DNA from: Callorhinchus milii
Lineage: Eukaryota
Direction of reading: 5' to 3'
Assembly: GCF_018977255.1 (NCBI RefSeq)
Contig: NW_024704742.1
Coordinates: 137,702,001-137,766,000 of the forward strand
DNA: 64,000 bases
Both the position numbers and the translations under genes were made by a program. Shown here piece by piece: positions 46,173 through 59,500 of the stretch. How positions within the stretch are numbered: position 1 is the stretch's first letter; the number at the start of each line of letters is the position of its first letter. The notes below the pieces were generated by a model. That model had not been told where the DNA came from, did no database searches, and saw nothing but the letters and a program-made list of their open reading frames with translations.

Positions 46173-49100
46173 CGCCCCCCCCCCCCCCCCCCCACTATGG
46201 TCCTGTTGGGTTCGATGCCCCAATCTGCGGGATAATGCCATCCACCTGACCGCTCGCTCCCGGTCCCCGCGTGCGCACTATGGCTGCCGCTTTGACCCGA
46301 GCCCCCTCACCCCCTCCCTCCCGCCCCCCTCCTCTCTCCCCCCAAACCCTCCCCCCTCTCCATCTCTCCCGCTCTCTCCTCCTCTCTCTCCGTCCCTCTC
46401 GTCTTCTATCCCCACTTGACCCTCCCACAACCTCCCTCTGTTCCAGTCTGGGAATCCTCCGCCGGGCTCACCGCGGCACTCGGCGTTGGCTGTCCAGCAG
46501 CAGCCACACCGACTGCCCCATTCCCCACCACTCTCGCCAGCCACCCCGGACACAGACCCGGGGAGTCAACCTCTCCTCCCTCATCCCCATTCCCCCCACC
46601 CCTGCCTCACAACCTGGACCCCCTCCCCTCCCACACACCCTTCTGTCAACCGCTCCCTCCACATCGGACTGCAAAATGTCCGCTCCCTCTGCAACAAGGC
46701 CCTGGTCATCAACGATCTCATCCTTGATGAGAACGTTGATATCATGGCCTTGACAGAAACGTGGCTCACCCCAGGCGACACCTTCCCCCTCACGGAGGCC
46801 ACGCCACCCGGCTACACCTCCCACCACATCCCCCGCCCCAACCGCCGTGGCGGTGGTGTTGCCCTTATCTCAAGGACACCACTTGCCCTATCCCCCTACT
46901 CCTCTGGCTCTTTCCCCTCCTTCGAGCACCTCACCCTCTCCCACCCCTCATTCCTCTCCCTTAAAATCCTCCTCCTCTACCGGCCCCCTAAAACCTCTCC
47001 CACCTTCATCTCTGACATTTCAACACTCCTCACATCTCTTTGCCTCTCCTCTGATCGCCTCATCATCCTGGGCGACTTTAACCTACACTTCACCCCCTCC
47101 TGCTCCATCTCCACAGACTTCTCTTCCCTGCTCTCCTCACTCAACCTTTCCCTACACATAAACTCCCCCACTCACAGTCACGGCCACCCACTCGATTTGG
47201 TGATCACCCGGGGCCTCAGTGTCTCGGATGTCACTATTACCGACAAGGCCATCTCCGACCACTACTTCATCTCCTTCACCACCTCCACCCCCCTCCCCAC
47301 CTCCACCAGACCCACCACCATCTTCTACCGCCCTTGGAAGAAGTTACCCCCACAATCCCTAACCGATGCCTTGGAGTCCTCTGAACTCCTCTCCCTCTGG
47401 CCTTCAACCCTCACCGACCCCTCTTCTCCTCTCTCCCTCCTCCACAATATCCTCTCCTCCACACTCGATACTCTTGCCCCCATCACTTCCCGCACTGTCT
47501 CCTACTCCCGCTCCTCCCCCTGGTACACCACCCACCTCCGCTCACTGAAATGCCAGGTGCGGGCTGCTGAGCGCACCTTTGTCAAATCCGGCTTAACGGT
47601 CCACCGACAAATCTGGCTGGACCTCCTCAAAATTTACCGCTCCACTCTAGCCTCGGCCAAGTCGTCCTTCTACTCCAGGATAATCCTGGAGGCGAAGAAC
47701 AACCCCAGGCTACTGTTTTCCACCACATCCCGACTCCTCCGTCCCCCCCGCCACCCCGCGCAGGTCATCTCCTCCAACCTTCACTGCGAGGAGATGCTGG
47801 ATTTCCTTGAATCCAAGATCAAGGGAATCCGCTCCGCGGTCACTTCCCCTCCAACTTCCACCCACCCCTTCCCTCCCACACTCCGACTCCTACCCATCCT
47901 CCCCTACACACCTTCGTACCCGTTTCCCCACCCTCTGTCACTGAACTCATCCTATCCCTAAAACCAACCACCTGCTCCCTTGACCCCATCCCCACTCCAC
48001 TCCTTATCTCCCAGCTCCATTTTCTTGCCCCACACATCACTGACATCATAAACCTGTCCCTCTCCTCTGGCTCTGTCCCCATTCCATTAAAAACTGCCAT
48101 CATCACGCCCACCCTGAAAAAACCCTCCCTTGATGCGTCGCAGCTATCAAGCTACCGGCCCATCTCCAACCTCCCCTTTCTCTCCAAGGTCTTGGAAAGA
48201 GTTGTCGCCTCCCAACTGCGCTCTTTCCTCTCCACCCATTCTCTTTTTGAACCCCTTCAGTCAGGTTTCCGTGCTGCTCATAGCACAGAAACTGCCCTGG
48301 TCAAGGTCACCAATGATATCCTGACCATCTGTGACCAGGGCTCCCTCTGTCTCCTCGTCCTCCTCGACCTATCGGCAGCATTCGATACGGTCGACCACGC
48401 TATCCTACTCCACCGCTTGTCCTCCCACCTCAACCTTCAAGGCACTGTCCTTGAATGGTTTAGCTCTTACCTTTCCCACCGTCTTCACTTCGTCTCAACG
48501 AATGGCTTCTCCTCCACCCCCCGTACTGTCTCATGTGGTGTCCCTCAGGGCTCTGTCCTCGGTCCCCTCCTCTTCACCCTCTATATGCTCCCCCTCGGTG
48601 ACATCATCCGCAAACATGGGGTTAACTTCCACATGTATGCGGATGACACCCAACTCTACCTTTCCTCCTCTACTCTCAACTCCACGACCACCGATGTCCT
48701 GACAGCCTGCCTGTCCGACATCGAGTCCTGGACGAGAGACAACTTTCTTCAGCTCAACGTGCGAAAAACCGAGGCCCTCCTGATTGGCTCACGTCAGCGC
48801 CTCCGCACCTCAGGCGCTGACACCATCAGCATCCAAGGCTGCACTCTCCACCTCTCAAAGCCAGTCAGGAACCTCGGCGTTTTGTTCGACCCTGAGCTGT
48901 CCTTTCTCCCTCACATCCGCACCACAACTGGCACCGCCTTCCATCACCTCCGGAATATCGCCAGATTACGGCACTACCTCACCCCTCACGCTGCTGAAAC
49001 CCTGGTTCACGCCTTTGTCACCTCAAGGCTGGACTATGGGAACTCTCTCCTCGCCGGCCTTCCCGCCACCTCCCTCCACAAGCTGCAGGTCATTCAGAAC

Positions 49101-52100
49101 TCTGCAGCTCGTGTACTGTCCCGCACCAGGCTTCGGGACCACATCACTCCCACCCTCGCTCGCCTCCACTGGCTCCCCATCCCCCAGAGGATTGATTTCA
49201 AGATCCTCATCCTCACCTACAAGGCCATTCACGGCCTTGCTCCCTCCTACCTCTCCAACCTACTATCCCCCTACCTACCTGCCCGTACCCTCCGTTCCTC
49301 TGGCTCCGGTCTGCTCCACGTCCCCCGCCCCAACCGCCCTACTATCGGTGGTCGGGCCTTCAGCCTCTCAGCCCCGAGGCTCTGGAACTCCATCCCCCAG
49401 TGCCTTCGCCTTGCTTCCTCCCTTTCCTCCTTCAAGGCCGGTCTCAAAACCTTTCTCTTTGACCGTGCCTTCAGCTCCCCTCTCGACTCTCTTCCTCCTC
49501 CTCGCTCCCTCCCTTCCCTCCCCTCACCCTGACCATTTCCCCCTCCTCTCTCCCTCCCTTCCCTCCCCTCACCCTGACCATTTCCCCCCTGCTCGGGTCA
49601 TGACCCAACTGTGCAGCGCCTTGGGACGTCCTCCTGACGTGAAAGGCGCTCTATAAATGGAATCTTGTTGTTGTTGTTGTTGTTGATGTCCCCAGGGTTT
49701 AGCGGTTTAAGTTTGTAAAGGAGATTTGAAAGGTTGGGGCTTTTTTAGCAAGCTGAGAAGGTTAGGGGTGACCTGATAGCGGTCGCTAAACCTCAAAGAG
49801 TCACAAAAGATTTTCCTCTCATCAGCCAGTCAGTCACAAGAGGAATAAATGTAAAACCATCACAAAAAATTAACTAACAACAACAACAACAAGATTCCAT
49901 TTATAAAGCGCCTTTCACGTCAGGAGGACGTCCCAAGGTGCTGCACAGTTGGGTCATGACCCGAGCAGGGGGGAAATGGTCAGGGTGAGGGGAGGGAAGG
50001 GAGGGAGCAAGGAGGGGGGAAATGGTCAGGGTGAGGGGAGGGAAAGGAGGGAGCAAGGAGGGGGAAATGGTCAGGGTGAGGGGAGGGAAGGGAGGGAGCG
50101 AGGAGGGGGAAGAGAGTCGAGAGGGGAGCTGAATGCACGGTCAAAGAGAAAGGTTTTGAGACCGGCCTTGAAGGAGGAGAGGGAGGAAGCGGCGAAGGCA
50201 CTGGGGGATGGAGTTCCAGAGCCTGGGGGCTGAGAGGCTGAAGGCCCGACCACCGATGGTAGGGCGGTTGGGGCGGGGGACGTGGAGCAGACCAGAGCCA
50301 GAGGAACGGAGGGTACGGGCAGGTAGGTAGGGGGATAGTAGGTTGGAGAGGTAGGAGGGAGCAAGGCCGTGAATGGCCTTGTAGGTGAGGATGAGGATCT
50401 TGAAATCAATCCTCTGGGGGATGGGGAGCCAGTGGAGGCGAGCGAGGGTGGGAGTGATGTGGTCGCGGTGTCTGGTGCGGGACAGTACACGAGCTGCAGA
50501 GTTCTGAATGACCTGCAGTGTGGAGGGAGGTGGCGGGAAGGCCGACGAGGAGAGAGTTCCCGTAGTCCAGCCTTGAGGTGACAAAGGCGTGAACTAGGGT
50601 TTCAGCCGCGTGAGGGGTGAGGTAGTGCCGTAGTCTGGCGATGTTCCGGAGGTGATGGAAGGCGGTGCCAGTTGTGGTGCGGATGTGAGGGAGAAAGGAC
50701 AGCTCAGGGTCGAACAAAACGCCGAGGTTCCTGATGGCTTTGAGAGGTGGAGAGTGCAGCCTTGGATGCTGATGGTGTCAGCGCCTGAGGTGCGGAGGCG
50801 CTGACGTGAGCCAATCAGGAGGGCCTCGGTTTTTCGCACGTTGAGCTGAAGAAAGTTGTCTCTCGTCCAGGACTCGATGTCGGACAGGCAGCTGTCAGGA
50901 CATCGGTGGTCGTGGAGTTGAGAGTAGAGGAGGAAAGGTAGAGTTGGGTGTCATCCGCATACATGTGGAAGTTAACTCCATGTCTGCGGATGATGTCACC
51001 ACAGGGGGAGCATATAGAGTGTGAAGAGGAGGCGACCGAGGACAGAGCCCTGAGGGACACCACATGAGACAGTGCGGGGGGTGGAGGAGAAGCCATTCGT
51101 CGAGACAAAGTGAAGACGGTGAGAAAGGTACGACCTAAACCATTCAAGGACAGTGCCTTGAAGTTTGAGGTGGGAGGACAAGCGGTGGAGTAGGATAGCG
51201 TGGTCGACCGTATCGAATGCTGCCGATAGGTCGAGGAGGACGAGGAGACAGAGGGAGCCCTGGTCACAGATGGTCAGGATATCATTGGTGACCTTGACCA
51301 GGGCAGTTTCTGTGCTATGGGCAGCACGGAAACCTGACTGAAGGGGTTCGAAAAGAGAATGGGTGGAAAGGAAAGAGCGCAGTTGGGAGGCGACAACTCT
51401 TTCCAAGACCTTGGAGAGAAAGGGGAGGTTGGAGATGGGCCGGTAGCTTGATAGCTGCGACGCATCAAGGGAGGGTTTTTTCAGGGTGGGCGTGATGGTG
51501 GCAGTTTTTAATGGAATGGGGACAGAGCCAGAGGAGAGGGACAGGTTTATGATGTCAGTGATATGTGGGGCAAGAAAGTGGAGCTGGGAGATAAGGAGTG
51601 GAGTGGGGATGGGGTCAAGGGAGCAGGTGGTTGGTTTTAGGGATAGGATGAGTTCAGTGACAGAGGGTGGGGAAACGGGTACGAAGGTGTGTAGGGGAGG
51701 ATGGGTAGGAGTCGGAGTGTGGGAGGGAAGGGGTGGGTGGTGGGTGGAAGTTGGAGGGGAAGTGACCGCGGAGCGGATTCCCTTGATCTTGGATTCAAGG
51801 AAATCCAGCATCTCCTCGCAGTGAAGGTTGGAGGAGATGACCTGCGCGGCGTGGCGGGGGGGACGGAGGAGTCGGGTTGTGGTGGAAAACAGTAGCCTGG
51901 GGTTGTTCTTCGCCTCCAGGATTATCCTGGAGTAGAAGGACGACTTGGCCGAGGCTAGAGTGGAGCGGTAAATTTTGAGGAGGTCCAGCCAGATTTGTCG
52001 GTGGACCGTTAGGCCAGATTTGACACAGGTGCGTTCAACGGCCCGCACCTGACTTTTCAGTGAGCGGAGGTGGGTGGTGTACCAGGGGGAGGAGCGGGAG

Positions 52101-53857
52101 TAGGAGACAGTGCGGGAAGTGATGGGGGCAAGAGTATCGAGTGTGGAGGAGAGGGTATTGTGGAGGAGGGAGAGAGGAGAAGAGGGGTCGGTGAGGGTTG
52201 AAGGCCAGAGGGAGAGGAGTTCAGAGGACTCCAAGGCATCGGTTAGGGATTGTGGGGGTAATTTCTTCCAAGGGCGGTAGAAGATGGTGGTGGGTCTGGT
52301 GGAGGTGGGGAGGGGGGTGGAGGTGGTGAAGGAGATGAAGTAGTGGTCAGAGATGGCCTTGTCGGTAATAGTGACATCCGAGACACTGAGGCCCCGGGTG
52401 ATCACCAAATCGAGTGGGTGGCCGTGACTGTGAGTGGGGGAGTTTATGTGTAAGGAGAGGTTGAGTGAGGAGAGCAGGGAAGAGAAGTCTGTGGAGATGG
52501 AGCAGGAGGGTGTGAAGTGTAGGTTAAAGTCGCCCAGGATGATGAGGCGATCGGAGGGGTGGGAGAGGGTGAAGTGCTCAAAGGAGGGGAAAGAGCCAGT
52601 GGAGTAGGGGGATAGGGCAAGTGGTGTCCTTGAGATAAGGGCAACACCACCGCCACGGTTAGAGAGGGTTAGAAACCTTCACTTTACACAGAGAGGATGG
52701 GATTATGGAATCCTCTGCCACAGACGGAGTTGAGGCAAAGTCCGTCAATAATAATAATGAGTCTTGCATTTCATATAGGGTTTGATCACATCTTTGAGAT
52801 GTCTCAAAGTGCATCATAGAATACACTGTAAAGTGAATTGACAGTATATTTTGTGGGCGAAACGCAGCAGCCAATTGCGCAGCTGTGTCTCACAAACAGT
52901 CGTGGATTGAACGACATATTTATAATTTTTTTTGAAGGAATTATTCCCCACGAAAATGTGAACCGCCATTCAACTAACAACCAGGTTCCTACTTACTGCT
53001 AAGTAAACAGAAGCGTGTGGTGAGAGGAAAATTGCCCAACTTATGCTAATCGAACCCAAGTCTCTTGCCTGCGAGGCGAGTGCTCTGACCACTGAGCTAC
53101 AGGAATCCACAGTCAAGTCCATAAAAGGGAATTGTTGTTCGAAGTGTATTAAATTAAATGGTGTTGGGGGGAGGGAGAGTGAGCGAGACACAGGGTGGGA
53201 CTGAGCATCATGTGAACAAAATAAAACTTGTCAAAATGGAATGAACGGGCGGAGCGGCTGTTTTCATGCTATAAAAATAGCATCATTTTAACAGTCAGAA
53301 ACGGGAGTAGAATACAGAGCTGCAGTGAGAACTAGCGCCAGCACAGACACTTTGTTTGCGATCAGCCGGGTGTCTGATAACAGAGGAAACTCATCACTGC
53401 GCTGAAGAGTCTTCAAACCAAACTACTCAGAATTCCACCTATATCTGGAAATGTCTGTGTGTCTGGAATGAGATGTGCACTTTGTCCCCAGAGGGACGTA
53501 TCCTGCTCACCTCATCACAGACAGTATTCTGCGCAGGATGGGAAGATCACCGATTCAACAACAAATTATATAGCACCTTTCATGTCGGGAGGACATCAAG
53601 AGAGGGGTGAGGGGAAGGGACTGTGGGATGGAGTTCCAAAAGGTGAGGCAAACACTTACACTGTGGGGCTCAGTGAGTAACACAGTTCTGTTCAGTTTAG
53701 AGACGGGAATCTTATTTGCAGGAGATATCACATGACTGTAATTATTCCAGTAAAAGGTAAAGCAGTAATTAAAGCCAGTCAGGTTTCTGATTGGAAAGTA
53801 CGTACGGAAGGCCGAGGCTGACAGGACCAGGGTACAGAGCACAGCTCCCAGCATCAT
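39959..53857 (-). CDS. SIGLEC15-like: Gene C: Siglec-15-like activating-type receptor, 414 aa, intron 1 expanded by two L2 insertions
   Basis: Exons 53857-53806, 44636-44247, 42872-42489, 41135-40767 and 40008-39959 total 1245 nt in frame. TM Lys at 40816-40818; V1 reads LSCCVE. Confidence 0.82.
44821..46047 (+). repeat. Perfect 88-bp tandem monomer array (13 full copies plus 83 bp), GC/CpG-rich
   Basis: The unit GGGGAGCGGC...GGTACTTAAACTCGACGCCGGAGCGAGTGCAGCCAGTC recurs at 44821, 44909 ... 45965. Confidence 0.97.
46280..49532 (+). pseudogene. L2 ORF2 (endonuclease/reverse transcriptase), frameshifted
   Basis: ORF track pieces 46271-46753, 46486-47961 and 48192-49532 overlap in different frames and together form one APE-RT polyprotein. 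Confidence 0.85.
49877..52660 (-). mobile_element. 5'-truncated second copy of the same L2, inverted, tail-to-tail with the first
   Basis: (CAA)n tail at about 49877. ORFs 50996-52408 and 50141-50584 are almost identical to copy 1. There is an internal deletion of about 100 bp near 52560. The flanks rejoin the sequence seen at about 10845-10850; no clear TSD. Confidence 0.93.
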
Positions 53858-54306
53858 CGTCCCTCACTCAGGACACACTCCTTCCCCGCGCACGTCTGCC
53901 TCGCACTGGCACAGCTGGTCACCCTTCTCTTTCCTTCCTCCTCTCGTTCTGTGGTCACCACCAGAGCTCCACCCCACACATCCGCTTTGTTCTGATGCTC
54001 TGTAATGTTTCTCCCCAACACTAACCCGCCCTCACCCCCTGTCACAGTAACTGGGTGACTTTTAATCCTCTATTACATTTCACACCCTTGTTATATTGGC
54101 CACGTTTACATGGGAACATACAAATTTGTTGGCGAAGGAACGCAAAGGTCCATCTCGTTCGCCTTCCACCATCCTGGCAGTCGCTTGACATGTCATTTCC
54201 CAAACCATACAGTGTATCCTGAGATATTATTTTTCTTGCAGAAATCTATCTAATTTGTTCTTGAAACAAACAACTATGGAAGAAGCAAACAAAATTGGGG
54301 GAGGGA

Positions 54307-54331
54307 NNNNNNNNNNNNNNNNNNNNNNNNN
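54307..54331. other. Assembly gap (25 N)
   Basis: Run of N. Confidence 1.
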
Positions 54332-56525
54332 CCCCTCACTGCCCCCCTCACCCCCACTATCCCTCTGCCCCCTACCGACCCCTCAATCCCCCTCGTGGCC
54401 CCCACACTGCCCCCCTCACAAATCTTCCCCCCTCACACACTCTCCCCCAAACCCACTGCATCGTTGATTCCAAGGCATTGAATTCAGATTGTCTTATTCA
54501 CTATTTTTCCTACTGAACCTGATCTCCACAGTAAATATTCTGTTCTGAAATTACTGAATAAAATGCTTGTGAACGTATGGCTCGGTGGTGTATGTTAATG
54601 TGGCCGCAGTCAGGCGAACCTGTGAGACAGTAATGGAGTATTGTAGTTCAGTGGTGACAGCACTCGTCGCAAGCAACAGTTCCCGGGTTCGATTCCGGGC
54701 CGACCCAAACGGTAGTCAAGTTTCCTTACTCCACCGCCGGTGTTTACACAGCAGTAACAAGGAACCCGGTTGTTAGTCGATTGGTGCATCGCTTTTTCTG
54801 GGGTAACAATCCCTTCAAAATATTTCTCTTTTTTCATTTGGTCACTCAATCCACGACTGTTTGTGGGACACTGATGTGCGCAATTATCTGCCGCGTTTCA
54901 CCCACAAAAATATATTATAATAATCTGTCATATCTCTCCTCGTCTTCTCCCACAGCTGCCTCTGTGCACCCATTACTCATCAGGTGTCAGTCTGGTGAGT
55001 CAGTAGCACTCTCGCCTGTGGGTCAGCGGGTTGTGGTGTTCACCATCCAGGTGCCGTCCTTCAGATGAGACGTTAAACCAAGGACCTGTTTGCCTGACAT
55101 TAAAGATCCCTCGACACTGATGGAAAAGAGAAGCGAGTTCCTCCCGGCTTCCTGCGCGACAATCAACCAGATGAATTGTAGACTAATTGTCTTCTAGGAA
55201 TGCCTACCTTGAAGAAGTTCTGCTCTTCACTTCACCGTGACTTTCTTTCTTCCCTTTTACCCTGCTCACCTTCTTAGCTATCTGTTTCCCTTCTTGTGTT
55301 TGATGATGTTTTCATTAAAACCTGTTTTCACAGCCACATCTCTTTCCTCAGTAACTGTCTTAAACTGCAACTAATTCCATATGGATTCCCTCTGAAATTC
55401 CACCCTTCCTGCTTTTAATCCACCCACAATCATCAAAATTCAGCGCTCTTCTGATCACTGTTCTTGCCGACTCATGATATCTACTGTCTCCAGCGTGTGC
55501 CGACACGTGCAAACTCTCAACCTTTCCCTTCAGCAGCTCCGACACACTTTATCTCAGAACTGCCCTGAACCTCATCTCTGTTTTGTCCTTCACCTTATTC
55601 AGCGCTTTAACAAAAAACTCTTTTTATTTCTTTCAGATGATATGGCTGTGTGCAAAGTGGTTGCTGTGTTTGTCCACGAACACAGTCAGTACCTGTTGAA
55701 GACCTTTGAAACTTTCTAACATTACAGATTCTGCATCAAATACAGAAATGTAACGCTTATTCAAACATTTGTTCACTACTTCAGTGAGAGAGTAGTAACT
55801 TATGGAGGGTTCCCTTTGGAGACGGTGGAAGCAAATTGTGTTAGAATACATTAGAATATATTGCACAGAAACCGGCCATTCAGCCCAACTGGGCTTTAGC
55901 TCCACATGAGCCTCCTCCTGCTCTTCCTCAACTAAGCCATCAAGCATCACCTTCTATTCCTTTCTCCCTCAAGTACCTCTCCAGCTTCCTCTTAAATACA
56001 TCTATGCTATCAGCCTCAACAACTCCTTGTGGCAGATGTTCCACATTCTCACTACTCTGTGTGAAGACATTTATTCTTCAAACGTCTAACTTCCCTATTT
56101 AATCCACTTGTGACAATTTTATATTGATGGCCCCTGGTTTTGATCTCCAGATTTCCTTTTTTCTACTGCCATGATGTTATCCTAACATGTCAGCTACTCC
56201 ATGCCCTTTTATCCCATCTCTATCCTATCTAAATATGTTACACCTGCAATGTTTAATTGCCAGTCCTGGTCTTTCTGTAGCCACGTTTCAGTAATCCCAA
56301 ATATATCTGTTTCCTCACTACGAATTACTGCCTCAGTCCTCCTGTTTTATTTCGGATGCTGTGAACATTGCTGTACAGACAGTTTCATTCATTATTATTC
56401 GTTGCTCCTCTCATTTTATTTTTGAAAGTCTTTTCACCCTTCTGTTCTATAATTGTATTAGGTCCCTGACCACTTATATTCTCCTTATTTGTGACTTCGG
56501 TCCAGCTTGGGTCATTTCCTTCTGA
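54332..56525 (-). repeat. Inverted copy of about 12492-14620
   Basis: ORFs 54585-56425 mirror ORFs 12592-14426 on the opposite strand. Confidence 0.92.
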
Positions 56526-59500
56526 CACTCATCACCTCAAGGCTCGACTACAGAAAATACCTCCTTGTTGGCCTCCAAAACTCTTCCCTCCACAAGCTTC
56601 AGATCATCCAGAACTCTGCAGCTTGTGTCTTCCCCACAGCAGCTCCATAATCCAATCATCCTCACCCACGCCCTCCTACATCTCTGACCTGCTAACACCT
56701 ATCAACCTGTTTGCTCCCTCCATTCAGCAAACTCCGGCCTGCTTCATGTCTCCAACCAGATGCCCCCCTCCATTGGCGGCCTGGCCCTACCCTTTGGAAC
56801 GCCATCCCACAATCCCTTCTCCTCGCTCTCTCCACTGCCTCCTTCAAGGCCCGAAACATGACTCTCCTTTTCGTGCGTGACTTCAGCCGCCCACCTACAT
56901 CTCTGCCCTCCCTCACCACATCCCTGCTCCCTCCACGCTCGGGTCCTGATCCCCGATTCTCCAGCGACGTGCGACGTCCTCCCGTCTTGAAAGACACTTC
57001 ACAAATGTAATTTTGTTGTTGTTTCTTACCTGAATCTGTTTGCCGGGCCGGTGCTGGGGTAACCACACTGTAGATCACAGCAGCTTCGTCTGTCAGAGAC
57101 ACAACAGTCAGCTCCTTCTCCAGGTCTCTGCAGCTTCCCCTTTGCCACATTCTACCTTCCCTGGTATTTATTTATTATTGTTTTGTTTTGGAGGGATTAT
57201 TATTAGGCTCTGTGTGGAGTAAGGAAACTTGCCCAAGGTTTCACCCTCTGCGTGGAATTGAACACAGGTGTCTCATTTGCAAAGCGAGTGCTCTAACCAC
57301 TGAGCTACAGGACTCCAGACCATTCAGAATACTGCAGCTCATGTCCTTCCCGCACCAGACTCCATGATACCATCACCCCCACTCTCGCGCAGCTCCACTG
57401 GCTCCCAAACCCTCATTGGATAGAATTCAAAATCCTCATCCTTGCCTTCAAGGCCCTCGACAGACTTCTGCCCTCCTATATCTCTGTGACCCGCTAACTC
57501 CTTATCAAACTGTCCACTCCCTCCACTCAGCAGGCTGCGGCCTGCTCCACATTCACCGCTCAGCCCGCCCCACCATCGGCAGCCATGCCTTCAGCCTCTC
57601 ACCTACCCTTTGGAAAGCCATCCCACATTCCCTTTGCCGTGCTCCCTCCCTTGCCTCCTTCAAGGCATGTCTCAAGACTCTCTTTTCGACTGTGTGTTCG
57701 GCCACTCCGGCCCTCCACCATCCCTTACCCCAAAACCCAGGTCCAAATCCCTGACTGTCCAGCGCCTTGGGACACCCTCCCGACGTGATACAAATGCAGT
57801 TTGCATTGTATTGTAAACCTGACAGCCAATGTGCATTCAGCAATGTCCCACAAACAGCTATGAAGTGGGTGACCAATTATGTTTGGAGCATTGTTGGCCA
57901 GGACATCAGGAGAGAGAAAGTCCCTTCTCTTTTCCAATATCACATTGCATTCCAGACACAGGGAAATTTCCATCTGACTGAGAGGTGAGAGTGCTGCCAA
58001 CTGAGCCAGGCTGACAGTTAACCCCGGACAGGAGAGGGACCGCAGATCTCTGTCGGCTGAGAACCGACACAATGCCGGCTCCGTCCCCGTGTGATATGTT
58101 TACTTACCTGAATCTGTTTGCCGGGCCGGTGCTGGGGGAACCACACTGTAGATCACAGCAGCTTCGTCTGTCAGAGACACAACAGTCAGCTCCTTCTCCA
58201 GTTTCCCCTTTGCCACATTCTACCATGTCCCAGGGTGGACGTAGCCTCTATAAGGCTCCCTCTCAGCCGTCCCAGGACAGAGCCCTGAGGTTCCCTCTCA
58301 CTACAGCACCAATTGTACAATCAGAACATTTATACCCATTTGGAGGCCCTTTGACTGTGAGGCTCTGAAAGGCTCTCCCTTTAGCCCCACTCCCCTTTTC
58401 CCATTGGCTTTCCAAATATTATTGGTGACTTGGCAGATGCATTTTGCCGACTCCCAGGTCCGGGGCACAGCTGTGAGCTGTATATTCTCCGAAATGAGGT
58501 AAGCAGGATGAGTCTCTCCGTGGAGACAGACAGAGTGAGCCATTCCATATATGGAAATTTCCACGTGTAGGTGACTTACATGGGTGGAATTCTCAGTCTG
58601 GTTTGGATGCTCTGAAGCACAGTGATGGGTTTCTGTGTGTGAAGACACCCAGAGCCAGAGGTGAGATGGTCACTGACTGAGCTCGGCTGAGACCCAGTGA
58701 CCGGATATTGAAAGCACGGGGTCAAAATTGTGGCATCGTTAATCGAGACAGAACAGTTACCGTCTCCTGCAGGCGGCTGAGGTCGGACCATTTTGTTGCT
58801 AACCATTTGATGACTGAAAAAAAGAGAAAACGTTTTATATTGTACATTTTATAGAGGTTGGAAGATAAAACCTTATATGTAATAATGCTTACATTTCATT
58901 CAGCGTCTTTCACGTCAGAAAGACGTTCATAACACTTCACAGTGTAGGAGTCAGTAATTAATATGTTAAATAATATCTTAAATGATATTTGCGATGTTTA
59001 TATATTTGAAACATATGATCAATCTCATATGAGGGGAGTCGGTTGTGATGAGCTTTGTAGAGTGGAAATAAAAGCCTATTTATAAGCAACAAACTGTTTT
59101 CATTCCTTATCAGTCATTTTCTCATGGAAATATGTTCTGCTGCTGGAGAGAGCCTGTGTTGCATTAGTTTTTACAAGGGAACCATCTTGCAAAAGTGAAA
59201 GGTCACCTCATCAACAGCTCGAGGATGGAGTGGAGGGAGAGGTGAGAGCAAAGATGGTGAGCAACAACCCATGGCAGAGCTTTGGCAAGGAAGGGCAGGT
59301 TGGAAATGGGTCGGTAATTTATGTGTTTGAAAGGTGCTTTATAAGGGCAAGTTGTTGTTTTACACTTGACACCATCTCTTTGTGTGTGTGTGTTTGTGTG
59401 TGTGTGAGTGAGTGTGTGTGTTGGGGTGAGTTGGGGTGAGTTGGTGTGTTTCTATGTGTGTGTGAGTGTGGACTCTGTGCTGCTGAGATAGCAGGAGCTG

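Larger units (their letters stand above)
44821..49684 (+). mobile_element. Full-length young L2-clade LINE (APE + RT, ORF2 only) with 5' monomer array
   Basis: GATGTC target-site duplication at 44815-44820 and 49685-49690; the empty site is visible at about 10657-10662. APE motifs [15 protein letters not shown] and ILGDFN; RT motifs PQGSVLGP and YADD; (TTG)n tail. The ORF is broken by a probable indel near 46600 and a 7-bp deletion near 47860 relative to the second copy. Confidence 0.95.
35545..54306 (+). repeat. Segmental duplicate of 1324-12491 (plus two L2 insertions)
   Basis: Collinear high identity from 1324/35545 (offset 34221) to 12491/54306. Confidence 0.92.
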
